64,000 nucleotides of DNA from Neovahlkampfia damariscottae. Its lineage: Eukaryota. The stretch lies in the NCBI GenBank assembly GCA_016618085.1, contig JABLTG010000117.1:1-64000 (forward strand). The letters are read 5' to 3'. Each line of letters starts with the position of its first letter. The first letter of the stretch is position 1. A program made the position numbers and the translations under genes. This document shows positions 21,968 to 34,196 of the stretch, piece by piece. The notes below the pieces were generated by a model, which saw nothing but the letters and a program-made list of their open reading frames with translations, had not been told where the DNA came from and made no database searches.

Positions 21968-22807
21968 ATGATGAAAAGAAAACTTGAGTGTGATGAATGT
22001 GGAAAATCATACACAGCAGAAAGAATGAAAAAACATAAAAAAAAATCTCACAAAGAAGAAATCTACAAAAAACCAGAAAAACGGATTGAATTCATTCCAG
22101 AAATACTAAATGAAATAGTTTCTTTTTTACCAGCAGAAAATAAAATTTATATCAATTTTATGAATGTTTCAAAACAATTTTATCAAGTATTTATGGATTC
22201 AAACTATTCAAAAGCATTTATTGTTCAAAAATTATTTGATGAAAATTTTCAACAAATTCATAAGGACTCACAACTCTCAATTTTGGAACAAACAAAAAAA
22301 AGAGTTGAATTATTAGAGAAAAAATTACGTTTAATTGACAAAAAAAACGAATTGAATTCAAAATGGATGCAAAAATACAATAAACCTAAGAAATCGAAAT
22401 CAAACATTCAACCATACTTTCCTTATTCAGAAGAATCTAAAAGTAAAATTAGAGATATACCAAATCATATTGAAATTATTTCTTATTCAAAAAACAAAAT
22501 TGAATCTTTTGCTGGTGAAGAAAATTGTCATGTAATTTTGTATGATTTAGATTTGTTTTTCAGATCAAGATACACGGATTATCAACCAAATGAAGCATCG
22601 TGGTATGTCAGAGATGCTTCACAAACAGATTTGATTTTTTTTTTAATGAATTGGAATGAAGATTACATACACCATATTTCAGTATCATCAATTAAGCAAA
22701 AATTGAATCTTGGATTATCTGATAAAGAAATATCGAATCTTTTAAATGACCTGGCAGAAATTTTGGTCAACTTTCCACATGCCAACTACTCTGTTGTAGT
22801 AAATTAG
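21968..22807 (+). CDS. C2H2 zinc finger + F-box-like protein, tandem paralogue 1
   Basis: CDECGKSY...HKKKSH and FIPEILNEIVSFLP..FMNVSKQF. Confidence 0.75.
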   Translation: MMKRKLECDECGKSYTAERMKKHKKKSHKEEIYKKPEKRIEFIPEILNEIVSFLPAENKIYINFMNVSKQFYQVFMDSNYSKAFIVQKLFDENFQQIHKDSQLSILEQTKKRVELLEKKLRLIDKKNELNSKWMQKYNKPKKSKSNIQPYFPYSEESKSKIRDIPNHIEIISYSKNKIESFAGEENCHVILYDLDLFFRSRYTDYQPNEASWYVRDASQTDLIFFLMNWNEDYIHHISVSSIKQKLNLGLSDKEISNLLNDLAEILVNFPHANYSVVVN

Positions 22808-22821
22808 TAAATATTTTTTCT

Positions 22822-22828
22822 CCAATCA
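22822..22828 (+). promoter_or_regulatory. Representative CCAAT(CA) core promoter motif, recurring before most genes
   Basis: CCAATCA lies 12 nt before ATG 22839 in a 31-bp intergenic gap; the same motif occurs 12-55 nt upstream of about 19 start codons. Confidence 0.75.
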
Positions 22829-22838
22829 AATTTGTTAA

Positions 22839-23717
22839 ATGGCAAAAAGAAAACTTGAGTGTGACGAGTGTGGAAAATCATACACAGAAGCACGAATGAA
22901 AAAACATAAAAAAACTGCGCACCCAGAAGAAATTGACAAGAAACCAGAAAAACAGATTGAATTCATCCCAGAAGTACTAAATGAAGTTATTTCGTATTTA
23001 CCTGTTAAAAACAAAATTTATATCAATTTTATGAATGTTTCCAAGCAGTTTTATCAAGTATTTATGGATTCAAATTTTTCAAAAGTCTTCAAATTAGACC
23101 AAATGTTGGACAAAAATTTTCACAAAATTGAAAAACAATCACAAAGTGCCATACTTGATCAAATGAAAAAACTCATTGAAAAAGAAGAATCAAGAATAGG
23201 TGCAATTGAAAAAGAAACAAATTTCAAAAAAAAGTGGATGAAAAAATATGAAAAGCCAAAAAAGACCAACAAAAAGCAAAAAAACAGTTCCAATCCATTT
23301 CACCCAGAAAGTCCGTATTCAAAGGAATCTTACAAAATCATTGAAGAAGTACCGAATAATCTTGAAATCATTTCATTTTCAAAAACAATAATAGGGAATG
23401 GAGCGGCAAAGGAACTTGCTTGTCATGTGAAGTATTTCGGTTTTGATTTGAAATTTTGTTCATCTGAATTAGATTCTTATCCAAGAGAATATTGTTGGAG
23501 TGTTTCACATTGGAAAAATCAAAACATTGTGTATTTTTTGATGAATGAAAATGGGACAATTTCATTTGACACTGATCTACAAGAAATGAAAGACAATTTG
23601 AAACTTGATTTATCCAATGATGAATATATTGATTTATTAAATGACATGGCAGAAAATGTTGTTGAATTTGGTTATTCTTATTTATCAACTGCAATTGAAA
23701 AAGGAAAATTCCAATGA
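22839..23717 (+). CDS. C2H2 zinc finger + F-box-like protein, tandem paralogue 2
   Basis: CDECGKSY...HKKTAH and FIPEVLNEVISYLP..VSKQF; clearly homologous to its neighbours. Confidence 0.75.
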   Translation: MAKRKLECDECGKSYTEARMKKHKKTAHPEEIDKKPEKQIEFIPEVLNEVISYLPVKNKIYINFMNVSKQFYQVFMDSNFSKVFKLDQMLDKNFHKIEKQSQSAILDQMKKLIEKEESRIGAIEKETNFKKKWMKKYEKPKKTNKKQKNSSNPFHPESPYSKESYKIIEEVPNNLEIISFSKTIIGNGAAKELACHVKYFGFDLKFCSSELDSYPREYCWSVSHWKNQNIVYFLMNENGTISFDTDLQEMKDNLKLDLSNDEYIDLLNDMAENVVEFGYSYLSTAIEKGKFQ

Positions 23718-23778
23718 ACAATCAGTAGATAAATTTGTTTTTGATTTAATTCTGATATTCACTACAAGTTCTATTCAA

Positions 23779-23863
23779 AGCAGTGTGGCCGAGCGGTCCA
23801 AGGCGTACGACTTAAGATCGTTTCCACAGTATGTGGGCGCGGGTTCGAACCCCGTCGCTGCTA
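23779..23863 (+). tRNA. tRNA-Leu(UAA)
   Basis: Acceptor AGCAGTG/CGCTGCT, D-arm TGGCCGAGCGG, anticodon loop CTTAAGA, long variable arm CCACA..TGTGG, T-loop GGTTCGAAC and a downstream T-run. Confidence 0.95.
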
Positions 23864-23962
23864 TATTTTTGTTTTTCCTGTTTTCTTAGAAAATGAATTT
23901 AGGTGAATGATTCTTTTTCTATATCAAATACAATCTCTATTTAGACCAATCAATTTGTTTTT

Positions 23963-24805
23963 ATGGTGAAAAGAAAGAAAATTCCGTGTGAGGAGTGTGG
24001 TAACTTCTACACCGAAAAAGGAATAAAAAAACATAAAACATCAGCTCATCCAGTGAAAATATACCAGAAACCCCTGAAACCAATTGAATTCATTCCAGAA
24101 ATCATACATGAAATAATTTCATATCTGCCCATCGAAAAAAAAATACATTTCAATTTTATTCAAGTTTCAAAACAATTCCATCAAGTTTATTTTGAATCAA
24201 ACTATTCAAGTTGGTTCAAAGTGAATAAAATTTATGATGAAAATTTTGGGAAATTAGAGAAGGAGGTACAACTGTCACTTTTCAAACAGACAAAAGAATT
24301 GATAGAATCAAAAGTGTCCAAATTAAAGTCAATTGAAAAGAAAAAAGAATTCAATAAGAAATGGATGGAACTTTTTGATGATGCTGTATTTCAAAAGCTG
24401 TTCTCAAACAAATCCCAAAAACTGGTTGAAGATGTTCCAAATCATCTTGATGTTATTTCATTTGAAAAGAATGAGATTCATTCAGAGTATGGAATATATC
24501 AGTATCAATGCCATGTAAGGCTGTTTGACAAGGATTTACATTTTGAGAGCACAGCAATTTCTCATCCAAGTTATTATTCGTGGTCAGTTTCTCATATCCA
24601 AAAAGAAAAATTGATTAATTATGAAAGTTCTTCAGATTACTCATGTGTGAGGTTCAGAATAAAAAGAATTCAAGAAAATTTCAAAATGGATCTTTCTGAT
24701 GATGAAATGATTGATTTGTTGAATGGGATGTCATTCATTCTGATAGACAATACATGTTGGGAATTCACTACTTCACAAAGTTCAATTGATAAATATTTTG
24801 ATTGA
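23963..24805 (+). CDS. C2H2 zinc finger + F-box-like protein, tandem paralogue 3
   Basis: CEECGNFY...HKTSAH and FIPEIIHEIISYLP..VSKQF. Confidence 0.75.
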   Translation: MVKRKKIPCEECGNFYTEKGIKKHKTSAHPVKIYQKPLKPIEFIPEIIHEIISYLPIEKKIHFNFIQVSKQFHQVYFESNYSSWFKVNKIYDENFGKLEKEVQLSLFKQTKELIESKVSKLKSIEKKKEFNKKWMELFDDAVFQKLFSNKSQKLVEDVPNHLDVISFEKNEIHSEYGIYQYQCHVRLFDKDLHFESTAISHPSYYSWSVSHIQKEKLINYESSSDYSCVRFRIKRIQENFKMDLSDDEMIDLLNGMSFILIDNTCWEFTTSQSSIDKYFD

Positions 24806-25472
24806 ATCGTTTCTCTTTTAATTGAATCTTCAAGTTTCATTCTAAAACCTCAAAATCTTTAGTGAATTTTTAGAGTAAAGATGAAAGATACATTCCTTTA
24901 TTTTGATCTTTCAATTGTTCAATTTCCATAATTCACCACGCATTCCATTTGCTTGTATTGCAGTTGAACTTTATATTTTATTTGTGAAGCCAATTTTTAC
25001 ATTATTTTTAAATTTTTTTATTTTTTGGACGTGAACATAACCAAGAGTATGGCATCTTCACGCAGGTTTCTTTGAAACCTTGAACAGTGGGATTAAGAAT
25101 AAACGATTTTGGAATAAATGTAATTTCTAAGATTGTTGACCACATTGATTTTCTTGCCTTCTCTTGTCACTTTCATTGACCAATAGACAGAAAAAAAAAA
25201 TTTGGTAAAAAAAATTTGAAGTTTCACCTTCCCTAAAAACTGTATCATACCTCATTCAAATATTAAACATGTCTCAAAAAGAATTTTAAGTTCCAATGAA
25301 TATCGTTTTCTTTTGAATGTTGGTGATGAGCATCATTCTTCATTCCGAATAGTTGATTGTTCTTTCTATGGTGTTCTGGTTCCAGAAGATTAAGAAGTCA
25401 GCCTTCAAAAATAAATTACCACAAAATAGACAGCACCTACAATGACCAAATGCTTTATTTTTTTTTTTAAAG

Positions 25473-26648
25473 CTAAATACATTTCTGATGAATGATAGCA
25501 GGGCCAGCATCATCATATTCTTAACAATTAAACAAAATTGATTCAATTTACCTTGTTTTGTCATCCAATGCGCATTGAATGATTTCAATGAACACATCAA
25601 AGCAGCACCTGTCCATGCTCCATATTTTCTGTCATCTGAAGCATAAACTTTGACACTTATTTTTGAAGGAGTTAATTTTTGAATTTCTTGATTCAACCGT
25701 TCTTTCATCCCTTCAAACATTGAATTTCCACCTGAAATGATGATATTCTTCATAAAATTAAAAACCAATAAAACTTACATTGTATAATTCTTTTCTGATA
25801 TCAACATCACATTGTGTGACAGAATAGAATAATGCATCATGAATACCATCGACATTAGATCCTAAAAGTTTTGGTTGAAATAATGCTTCAGTAGATTTGA
25901 ATCTTTCATTGCCAATCGTGATGAATTTTCCATCAGGAAGTTCAAATATTTCTTCAATCTCTTTGGAGTCTTTTTTGATTTCTTTAGCATAATCTTGGGA
26001 GACATAACAAAATTTTTCTTTAATTTTATCAACTGTTTCTAAATTTTCGGAATTGAGAGACGAATAACCAGAGTCTTGTAACAATTGTAATAAAAACTTT
26101 GTCAGATCATTTCCTGCCAAATTTTGTAAGTTATGAGTAGCATGAGTCAATCTATATGATTCATAAACAGCTACTGAATTAGTAGTTCCATAACCTGTTT
26201 CAAGAACAACCCCTGTTATTCTGCCAGAAGCAAATAAAGAAAGTAATGGTTGTGGGGTCACATAATAAGCAGGTATGTTAAAAGTTTCAAGCATAATTTG
26301 AGTAGTCTTTTCTCTCTCAAATTTTGAAATAGCAGTTGATTCAGCTACAAACAAAGGATGTTCTTCTGGAGCTACTTTTAATTCATTATAAAAGCAGTGA
26401 TGCCAAAGTTTCTCCATTTTATCAAAATTTGTTATGTATCCATCTTGAATTGGACGAGACAATTTTAATAAATCTTTTTTTGACAAAGCTTCTTCACCAA
26501 TAAAACAATCCACTTTTGAGGTGTTTTTTTCTGGAATTCCTATGACAGAAGGAAATATTGAAACAGGAGTAGGACTATCATTAGAAAAACCAACCTTCAT
26601 AAATCCTGAACCATTGTCTATCACTAATGGTTGTTCACTGTCTGTCAT
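25473..26648 (-). CDS. Divergent actin / actin-related protein, 3 exons
   Basis: LVIDNGSGFMKVGF, ELKVAPEEHP, FELPDG, ISGGNSMFEG and EYDDAGPAIIHQKCI*. Introns 25748-25778 and ~25520-25551. Confidence 0.92.
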
Positions 26649-26721
26649 GAGAAAAAATACAATGATTGGACAATTTTTTCTTCTTTCTGGACAAAAAATT
26701 CTTTAGATTTTGGTATTCAAG

Positions 26722-28125
26722 TTATTCAAATTGAAACTTTATATTTTCAACTTTTTTTAATATTCCAATCAAATTGAAGTGTCTCCCTATTTTCTTTAAT
26801 GTTTGTCTCATTTCCAATTCAGTGTTGATTTTCACAAATTCAATATTCTCTTCAAATAGGTCGTCAACTTTATAAATTAATTCATTCACAACATTATTTT
26901 TTTGAAGAAGTTCCCAAATATCTTTCAATTCAACATCTGGGTATAACCAAATTTTTTCAATTGATTTGTTCTTTTCAAAAACATCCAAAGAGCAACCATA
27001 AGTCTCAGACAAGTCTATCTCCAATAATGTGGTATTTTTAGTCATTGCTTTTTCAATATCAATCCATTCATTTCCAAATGCTGTCCATGGAAATGACAAG
27101 GATGTTAATGTTTCATTTTTCATCAACATATCAATAATATCATCCATAAAATGTTCTTTATCAAGAATTCCACCTTCATCATGCATTGGGGAACATGTTA
27201 TTTTTTTTATTGATGCATTATCTCGCATGATTTCACAAACACAAGTTGGATAGAGATCAGAATTGGGTAAATACAATTCTGTTAGTGTATCATTTTTTTC
27301 AAAGAGTTTTTGAAAGTCAGAATCTGTACGGTTGTATTCTACTCGAAAACAAGGAAGTGTGACTTTAGTAATCTCTGGAATGCTCAAAATATATTCAACT
27401 ACGCTTAAATTATATTTTGATCTTGCATAACTATCATCCCAACAAAATTTGGATACCTTAGGAAATAAATCCAAAATCATTTGAACTTTTTCACTTTTTG
27501 TTTTTAATGATAAATCTGTGATATTTTCATTCTTTGACGCAGATTTGAGTATTAACTTTTCTGAATTTCCTGCAATGGATAATTTTACGATTTTCTTTTG
27601 TTTTTTGATAGATGAAAGGATTTTATCCAAATTACATTGTTTTTCAAACATTATTGTAAGTTCTTTCAAACGTGAATTTTCCAATGACCATAACAAAGCT
27701 TTTTCATCTATTTCATCATGAAAAATGAAATCTAAAGCGTAAATAGAGTTTAATCGGAGTATAGTTGATATAGTTTTTGTGTTGACTTCATATTTGAAAC
27801 TGAAAAAGAATTTCACATGAAGAAAATCAGACAATTGTTTGAACATTTGGAAATCTTCTTTTTTTGAACTATCCACGAACAAAAGGTGAATTTTTTCAAC
27901 GACTTGATTTTCTTCTAAGATTTTATGAATGTTTTTTAGTGTTTTGTTTGTTGGATTTTCGAAAATAATTTCTTTCACTGTGGTATTTTTTGATAAAAAA
28001 GAAAGACCATGGATAATAGGTTCTTCACTTTCAATAGTGAGTTTTGTGATTTTTATTTTGCTTAAGTCATTGAAAAATGATTCAGAATAAAATGTGTCCG
28101 CTGTCAAAACCTGTGAACAATTCAT
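26722..28125 (-). CDS. RNI-like leucine-rich repeat protein
   Basis: Repeats such as KNDTLTELYL, KNETLTSLSF and KNTTLLEIDLS in an intronless 467-aa ORF. Confidence 0.6.
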   Translation of the reverse strand: MNCSQVLTADTFYSESFFNDLSKIKITKLTIESEEPIIHGLSFLSKNTTVKEIIFENPTNKTLKNIHKILEENQVVEKIHLLFVDSSKKEDFQMFKQLSDFLHVKFFFSFKYEVNTKTISTILRLNSIYALDFIFHDEIDEKALLWSLENSRLKELTIMFEKQCNLDKILSSIKKQKKIVKLSIAGNSEKLILKSASKNENITDLSLKTKSEKVQMILDLFPKVSKFCWDDSYARSKYNLSVVEYILSIPEITKVTLPCFRVEYNRTDSDFQKLFEKNDTLTELYLPNSDLYPTCVCEIMRDNASIKKITCSPMHDEGGILDKEHFMDDIIDMLMKNETLTSLSFPWTAFGNEWIDIEKAMTKNTTLLEIDLSETYGCSLDVFEKNKSIEKIWLYPDVELKDIWELLQKNNVVNELIYKVDDLFEENIEFVKINTELEMRQTLKKIGRHFNLIGILKKVENIKFQFE

Positions 28126-28277
28126 TTGACAAATGAAAAAAAAGAAGAATTTATTGGATGTTAAAACTCCGTGGAATTAAAAGTTTATGATTGGTCAACA
28201 AACTCCGAATAATTAATTTAAATTGCCAACAGAATTCAATTTTGAAAACACCAAACCAAAAAAAAAGGTCTGACAAC

Positions 28278-29090
28278 ATGAAAGAAATTTCAACACAACC
28301 ATTGGGTGAGACAAAAAAACAATGTCCTTTCCATAAATCTTCTTCCATTTCATCAGAAGAAAATGAACAGGAGACTATGGTAAATTCAGAAAAATTATTA
28401 AAATCATGTCCGAATACAGATTTAACTCAACCACCAAAACTCATTTCAAAAAATGAAAAAAATGACTTCTGTAAATTTCACAAACACGTGGCTCCAGATC
28501 CAAAAACTTTTACAATCACCAAAGAGTTAGATATTGATCGTTGTTTTGAATCAAAATCAACTGGACCTTTATTAATTGATATTGGAGGTGGTGACAGAAT
28601 TCGAGAATTTTGTACAAGATTTTATGCTAGAATGTTTGAAGATGCTCATTTGAAACAATTTATATTTGAAACAGATGGAGCAGAGGCCCATGGAAAAAGA
28701 CTCGGAGATTGGATTATTGAAAAAATGGGTTGCAAATTAGAAGGTGAACCTTGGAGTGAAAGTGGAAGATATGGAGAAAGACAAAGATCTCATTATAAAG
28801 CTTGGAATAATGAAATACGTGATAAATCTGTCAGAGGAAAACATTTTAAATTGGATGATTCTAGAATTTGGGTTCGTTTACATTTTTGGGCAGTTAGAGA
28901 GTGTGGATTGTCAGAACATGTTCCTTTTTGGTCTTGGTATAAAGAATTTATTGAACACTTTATTGGTATTTATGAGTACAAAGCGATTGCTTATGTTCAA
29001 AAAGATGCTGAATGGAGTTCAAAAAAAAAAAATTTACAAAAATATTTTCATGATAAAAACATGATGAAAGATGTTGTAGGAAAAAAATAA
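28278..29090 (+). CDS. Truncated (2/2) globin-like protein with N-terminal extension
   Basis: DIGGGDRIREFCTRFYARMFEDAHL..F (B/C helices), candidate proximal His in RQRSH and IWVRLH (G helix W). Confidence 0.65.
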   Translation: MKEISTQPLGETKKQCPFHKSSSISSEENEQETMVNSEKLLKSCPNTDLTQPPKLISKNEKNDFCKFHKHVAPDPKTFTITKELDIDRCFESKSTGPLLIDIGGGDRIREFCTRFYARMFEDAHLKQFIFETDGAEAHGKRLGDWIIEKMGCKLEGEPWSESGRYGERQRSHYKAWNNEIRDKSVRGKHFKLDDSRIWVRLHFWAVRECGLSEHVPFWSWYKEFIEHFIGIYEYKAIAYVQKDAEWSSKKKNLQKYFHDKNMMKDVVGKK

Positions 29091-29163
29091 AAGTTTAATT
29101 TTTCAAACAAACTGTTTAACCAATCATTTTTTGTTTTCAATTTTTTATTAGTGAGATTAAAAG

Positions 29164-31459
29164 ATGGAGTGGAAAGCGATGAAACCAGAAAAGATGTTAT
29201 TACCTTCTTTAAGTGGTCATAGTATGATTTCAGTGAAGTGTCTTCAAAGTGAAGAAGACTGCTACCAGTTTTTCATTGTTATATTTGGAGGAAGAAATTC
29301 ACAAAACAAATTAACCAACAATTCTTATCTTTATGATCCAGGTTTCTTTTTTATTTTATTAATTTTATTATTTTTAAATAAAGTTCAAAATTTATTCATT
29401 GATGTTCAAAATCTCACCAATCAAAAAAAAAGTAAAAAAAATGCCAAAAAGATTTTACCTGAAATTCGAGAAAGGCATACACTGACAGTTTTAGGAGACA
29501 AAAAGAAAAGTATTTTATTTGGTGGTCTTGGTACTGATGAAAAAAATGAACGTTATTTTCCTCTTAATGATTTATGGAGTCTCACTATTAATTTTGAAAT
29601 GAAAACTGTCAATTGGGTAAAATTACAAACAAAAGAAATACCAACAGCAAGATATGATCATACCATGGTATTTTACTCACTCAATCCACAAAACAATTTT
29701 ACCATTCTTTTCGGAGGTTATGGAACCAATAAAACAGAATTTAATGATACATGGATTATTGCAGACAAAAAAGGAAGTGAATTCGATGTTATGAAGGTTA
29801 TACATAGAGAAGGTGTCAAAAAACCTCCTGCTCGTTATCAACATACAGCTGTAGTTCAAGGCAAACAGATGTTCATTTATGGAGGAAAATCAAAAAATCA
29901 AGTATTGAATGATTTATGGATTTTTGATTGTGAAACGTTTCAATATCGAGAAGTTGAAATGACAGGAATTCCAGTTCCTCCTAGACATGCTCATTCTGCT
30001 GTCATTACACAAAATTACATGTTGGTATTTGGAGGAAGATCAAATGATGGGAAGTACTCCAATCATTGTTACGCATTCGATACAGGTATCTTTTTTATAG
30101 ATTTTAACAATAGAACATTATAATTGGACAAGAATTTATACAATAAATGAACAGAAAATTGAAGAATTACCAAATGGTGGAATTCTATCGTCATTTTGTG
30201 TATTTCCTTATGACGTTTTACAAGTGGTTCTTTTTGGAGGTTTGAGAATGAACTCCAAGAAATTGCTAGAAAGAAGTTTTAGTTTATGGACACTTGATAC
30301 AGGATTCACCAATGAAACTGATAAAATAAGCAAATATGAAATTATTTCTATTCTTGGATCTGGATCAAATTCAACTGTATACTGTGTTAAAGATGAAGAT
30401 TTAGTTGCCCTGAAAAGAATTCGTTTATTTCAACAGGATACCAATATCAATCAATATACAACTTTGAATGATTTGGATCATGAGAATATTTTGATTCCAA
30501 ATCAAAAAAATTTTGAAAACAAAAATGGTAAATTGGTTGAAATTCATTCATATTTTTAGGATTGAATGGAAAAGTTACTTATTTACAAATGATTGAACCT
30601 TATTGTGAATTAGGAAATTTGACAAAATATTTAACACCCAAATCACCCAAATCAAGATACAAAAAGAAAGTTACAGAAGAAGTAATCATTAAAAATTGAT
30701 TAAATTTTTCATCAGGAGTTAATTAATATTGCAATTCAAATTGTGAAAGGTTTGAATTATCTTCATTCAAAAAACATTATTCATGGAAATATTAAACCAC
30801 AAAATGTACTTTTGACAAGAAAAGTAGATAAAGTTCAAAAATCAAATCCAATTGTAAAGTTAGCTGATTACGGATTGTCATCGACAAATGAGTTTTTCAT
30901 TGGTGGAAATTATTATTTCGCACCTGAAAATGACAATATGACTTTTGAATCAGATATTTGGCAACTGGGAACATTACTATTTTATTTATTTTCTGGAAAG
31001 ACTTTAGATTTCAAAATTGAAACGAACTTGACATTGATTAAAGCTTCATTGGAGGAAAAAGAATTGAAATATTCCAGTTTTTACTTGAAATTAATTGAAT
31101 CTTGTTTACGAAAAGATCCAAAAGAAAGAATTACTGGAAATGGATTGATCAAAAGAATGAAAGAAAATCAAGAAATATCTTCTTCGATTCAAAAATATTT
31201 TATTGAAGCTTCATTGGATGATGAATCTGATTTTTCCAATATTCGACTTCCAACAGCAGTGGTACCAAATTTTAAAGATGTTTCAGCTTGGTTAGTTTCA
31301 ATTGGATTTGAAAATTATATTGAAAAATTTCAAGAAAATGGAATTGAAAGTTTGAGTGATTGCAAGAAAATGAAACAACAAGAAGTTGAGAAGATATTCG
31401 AAAAGTATGGTCATCAAAAGAAATTTTTATGGAGAGCTTCAAAAATTCCTTTGGCTTAA
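29164..31459 (+). CDS. Kelch-repeat + protein kinase-like + SAM domain protein, 5 exons
   Basis: Kelch repeats (PARYQHTAV..FIYGG), kinase motifs LGSGSNSTVY, VALK, HGNIKPQN, LADYG, APE and SDIWQLG, and SAM-like DVSAWLVSIGFENYIEKF..GH. Introns are 28-42 nt. Confidence 0.85.
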
Positions 31460-31658
31460 AGAAAAATTTTCTTTGTGTATTTTTTTTATATTTTGATGTT
31501 GGTGTAAAACACTAGATCTTTGCAATGGACTTTGTGATGTTGATTTTGTGGCTGCATTTCTTCAATCATTCAAACTTCCAACAATCAATTTTAGAAGAAA
31601 AGTCACATTTTCATTGGACAACCTAACCTCCTAGAAAACCAAAACAAAAAGCAAAACA

Positions 31659-32417
31659 ATGAGCCAAAAAGAACACAAGAAGATGATACTTGGATATTGG
31701 AGAATCAGAGGACTAGTTTCATCAATCAAATTTCTGTTGGCTATTCTCAAAGTTGATTTCGATCAAGAAGTTTATGAAGAAAAGTTAGTTGATGGAAAAT
31801 GGACAAAGTTAGAATTTGATTCTTTAAAACCCTTTTTACAATAGAGCAGAGTGGTTTGACTTGAAACCAACTTTACCTTTTGATATTCAAAATTTACCTT
31901 ATTTAATTGATGGTGATAGGATGATTACTCAATGCACTGCAATCATGAGATATATTTCAAGAAAATATGGTTTAGTTTGTAAAACAGAAGACCAACAAAT
32001 TAAAGTTGATGTTTGTGAACAAGAAGCAAGGTAAGTTAATTCACAAAAAATTATTCATTCAATAGAGATTTTTGTGAAAGTTGGTTTCAAATGGTATATG
32101 ATCCAAAAACTGATGAAAAAGCTAAAGTTGAATATTTTGAAAATATTGCACCAGTTTATTTGACCAAATTCGAGAAATTCTTGGGGAATCAAAAATATTT
32201 ATCTGGAGATTCAATGAGTCATGCAGATGTTTTTCTTTTTGATTTATTGGATCAATTGATGTGTATTTATCCAAAACTCTTGGAAAATCATAAATCTTTG
32301 CAATCATTTTATAAACAATTCAATGAAATGGAACAAGTTATTGAATTCAGAAAAGATCCAAAATTTGTGATTTCACCATTGAACAATCCTCATGCCTCAG
32401 TAAATAATAAAATATAA
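31659..32417 (+). CDS. Mu-class-like glutathione S-transferase, 3 exons
   Basis: ILGYWRIRGL and NLPYLIDGDRMITQCTAIMRYISRKY; introns 31808-31844 and 32031-32065. Confidence 0.9.
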
Positions 32418-32486
32418 ATTTTATTGTTATCAACCTCAAGCTTTTTATCCAATCAGAATCACCAATTGAATCAAAAATTTCTGGTG

Positions 32487-34174
32487 ATGAACAGATTTTT
32501 CTCTCCAACCAAATTTATCAAAACCAAGAACTATACGAGTAATATTACAAGCAACAAACCAAAATACTTTCGATACTTAATAGGCGGAGTTATTGTTATT
32601 GAAACTTTTTCAATCGGAGTTTGTAATTTGTATCATTATTTGGAGACAAAAACGAAAATAGTAACAAAATTATCACCTTTAATTAGACCACTTGACCTTG
32701 CTGTTCGATTTCAGGCTGTTGGTTCAAGACTTTTATTCATTTTTCTGAAACATCTTTATTACAAAAAATACACACCAGAATCTGACGAAGAACATTTATC
32801 AGAATTATACAAAAAAAACTCCGAAAGTTTATTAGAGTTAATAAATGAATATGGTGGAATTTATCGAAAAATGGGTTCGAAACTTTTGTTTTAATTTTTG
32901 TAGGTCAGGAATTAGCAAGCATGAGAAATTTTTTACCGGATGAATACTGTGATACACTGACACAATTATTTGATAAAGTTCCTGCTCAGCCGTTTGACTC
33001 GATTAAGCATATTTTTGTGGAAGATTTTGGAAAAACACATGAAGAATTATTTTCAGAATTTGATGTTGATCCAATTGCATCAGCATCATTAGCACAAGTT
33101 CATCGAGCTGTAACAAAAAGAGGTATTGAAGTAGCAGTTAAAATACAATATCCATCTGTTCAATATTATTACTCTGGGGATATTTTAGTTAACAGAGCAG
33201 CTGAAAAAATTATCAATTTTTTAAATCCAGATAGTCAGAGAGATGACTTGAATGAAATTAGAAATTCAATAAGAAGAGAATTGAATTTCAAAGATGAAGC
33301 TAAAAATGCAATTCAAGTCAAAGAAAATTTCAAGAATGAGACATATGTCTATATTCCAAATATGTACCAAGATTTATCCTCCAATAGAATATTGACAATG
33401 GAATTTATTCACGGAGTGAGAGGAAATGATACAAAAAGAATGATAAAAGAAGGATTTTCTTTAAAAGATGTTGCAACAAAGTTATTCACTGCTATTGCTG
33501 AACAAACATTCTCTCATGGATTTCTTCATTCTGACATGCATGAAGGAAATTTTTTAGTGAGAAAAAATCCAAATAACATGAAAGAGACTCAAGTGGTCCT
33601 AATTGATCATGGATTGTATGATATTCTAAATGATGAATTCAGAATTGAATATTCAAAATTTTGGAAAGCATTAATCTTAAGAGATGATGTTTTTGTGGAT
33701 CAATACTGCAAAAAATATCATATTCAAGATCAAAATTTGTATAAATCTCTGATTTTGATGCAAGTTTTTGATAAGGTTGGGCCAGGTCCAATAGAAGATT
33801 TTGATCAAGCACAAGATGGAAAAAATATGGCAAACCAAGCAAAAGAATTGATGATCATTTTTGGAAATAACTACAAAAAACTGGAACAAATTGTAGTAAA
33901 GATGCCATTGGAGATGTTTTTCATTCTTCGGACGAGTCTTTTATTAAGAAGTGTGAATCAAATTTTAGGGGCTCCTGTGAATAGATTCACCATTTTTGCG
34001 AGAGTTGCAGCAAAGAATTGTGATATAAACCACGATGATTCAACTTGGAGAGGATATTTTAAAGGATTAAAAGATCAATTGATATTTGATTTGAATTTGA
34101 AAATGATTGAATTTGCTACTTGGTTTTCAACATTGATCGTAAATTTATTTGGCATCAAAAAATTTATCCAATAA
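32487..34174 (+). CDS. ABC1/ADCK (UbiB) atypical kinase, 2 exons
   Basis: YRKMGQ across intron 32875-32903, IASASLAQVHRA, VAVKIQYP, HSDMHEGN and LIDHG. Confidence 0.92.
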
Positions 34175-34196
34175 ATAAAGTCCATAATATGATTAT

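Noticed and set aside
23641..23889. 82-aa ORF
   Set aside because: It overlaps a paralogue's 3' end and the tRNA-Leu; not protein-like.
24810..25340. Possible small multi-exon gene on the minus strand
   Set aside because: No consistent spliced frame or recognisable motif could be built.
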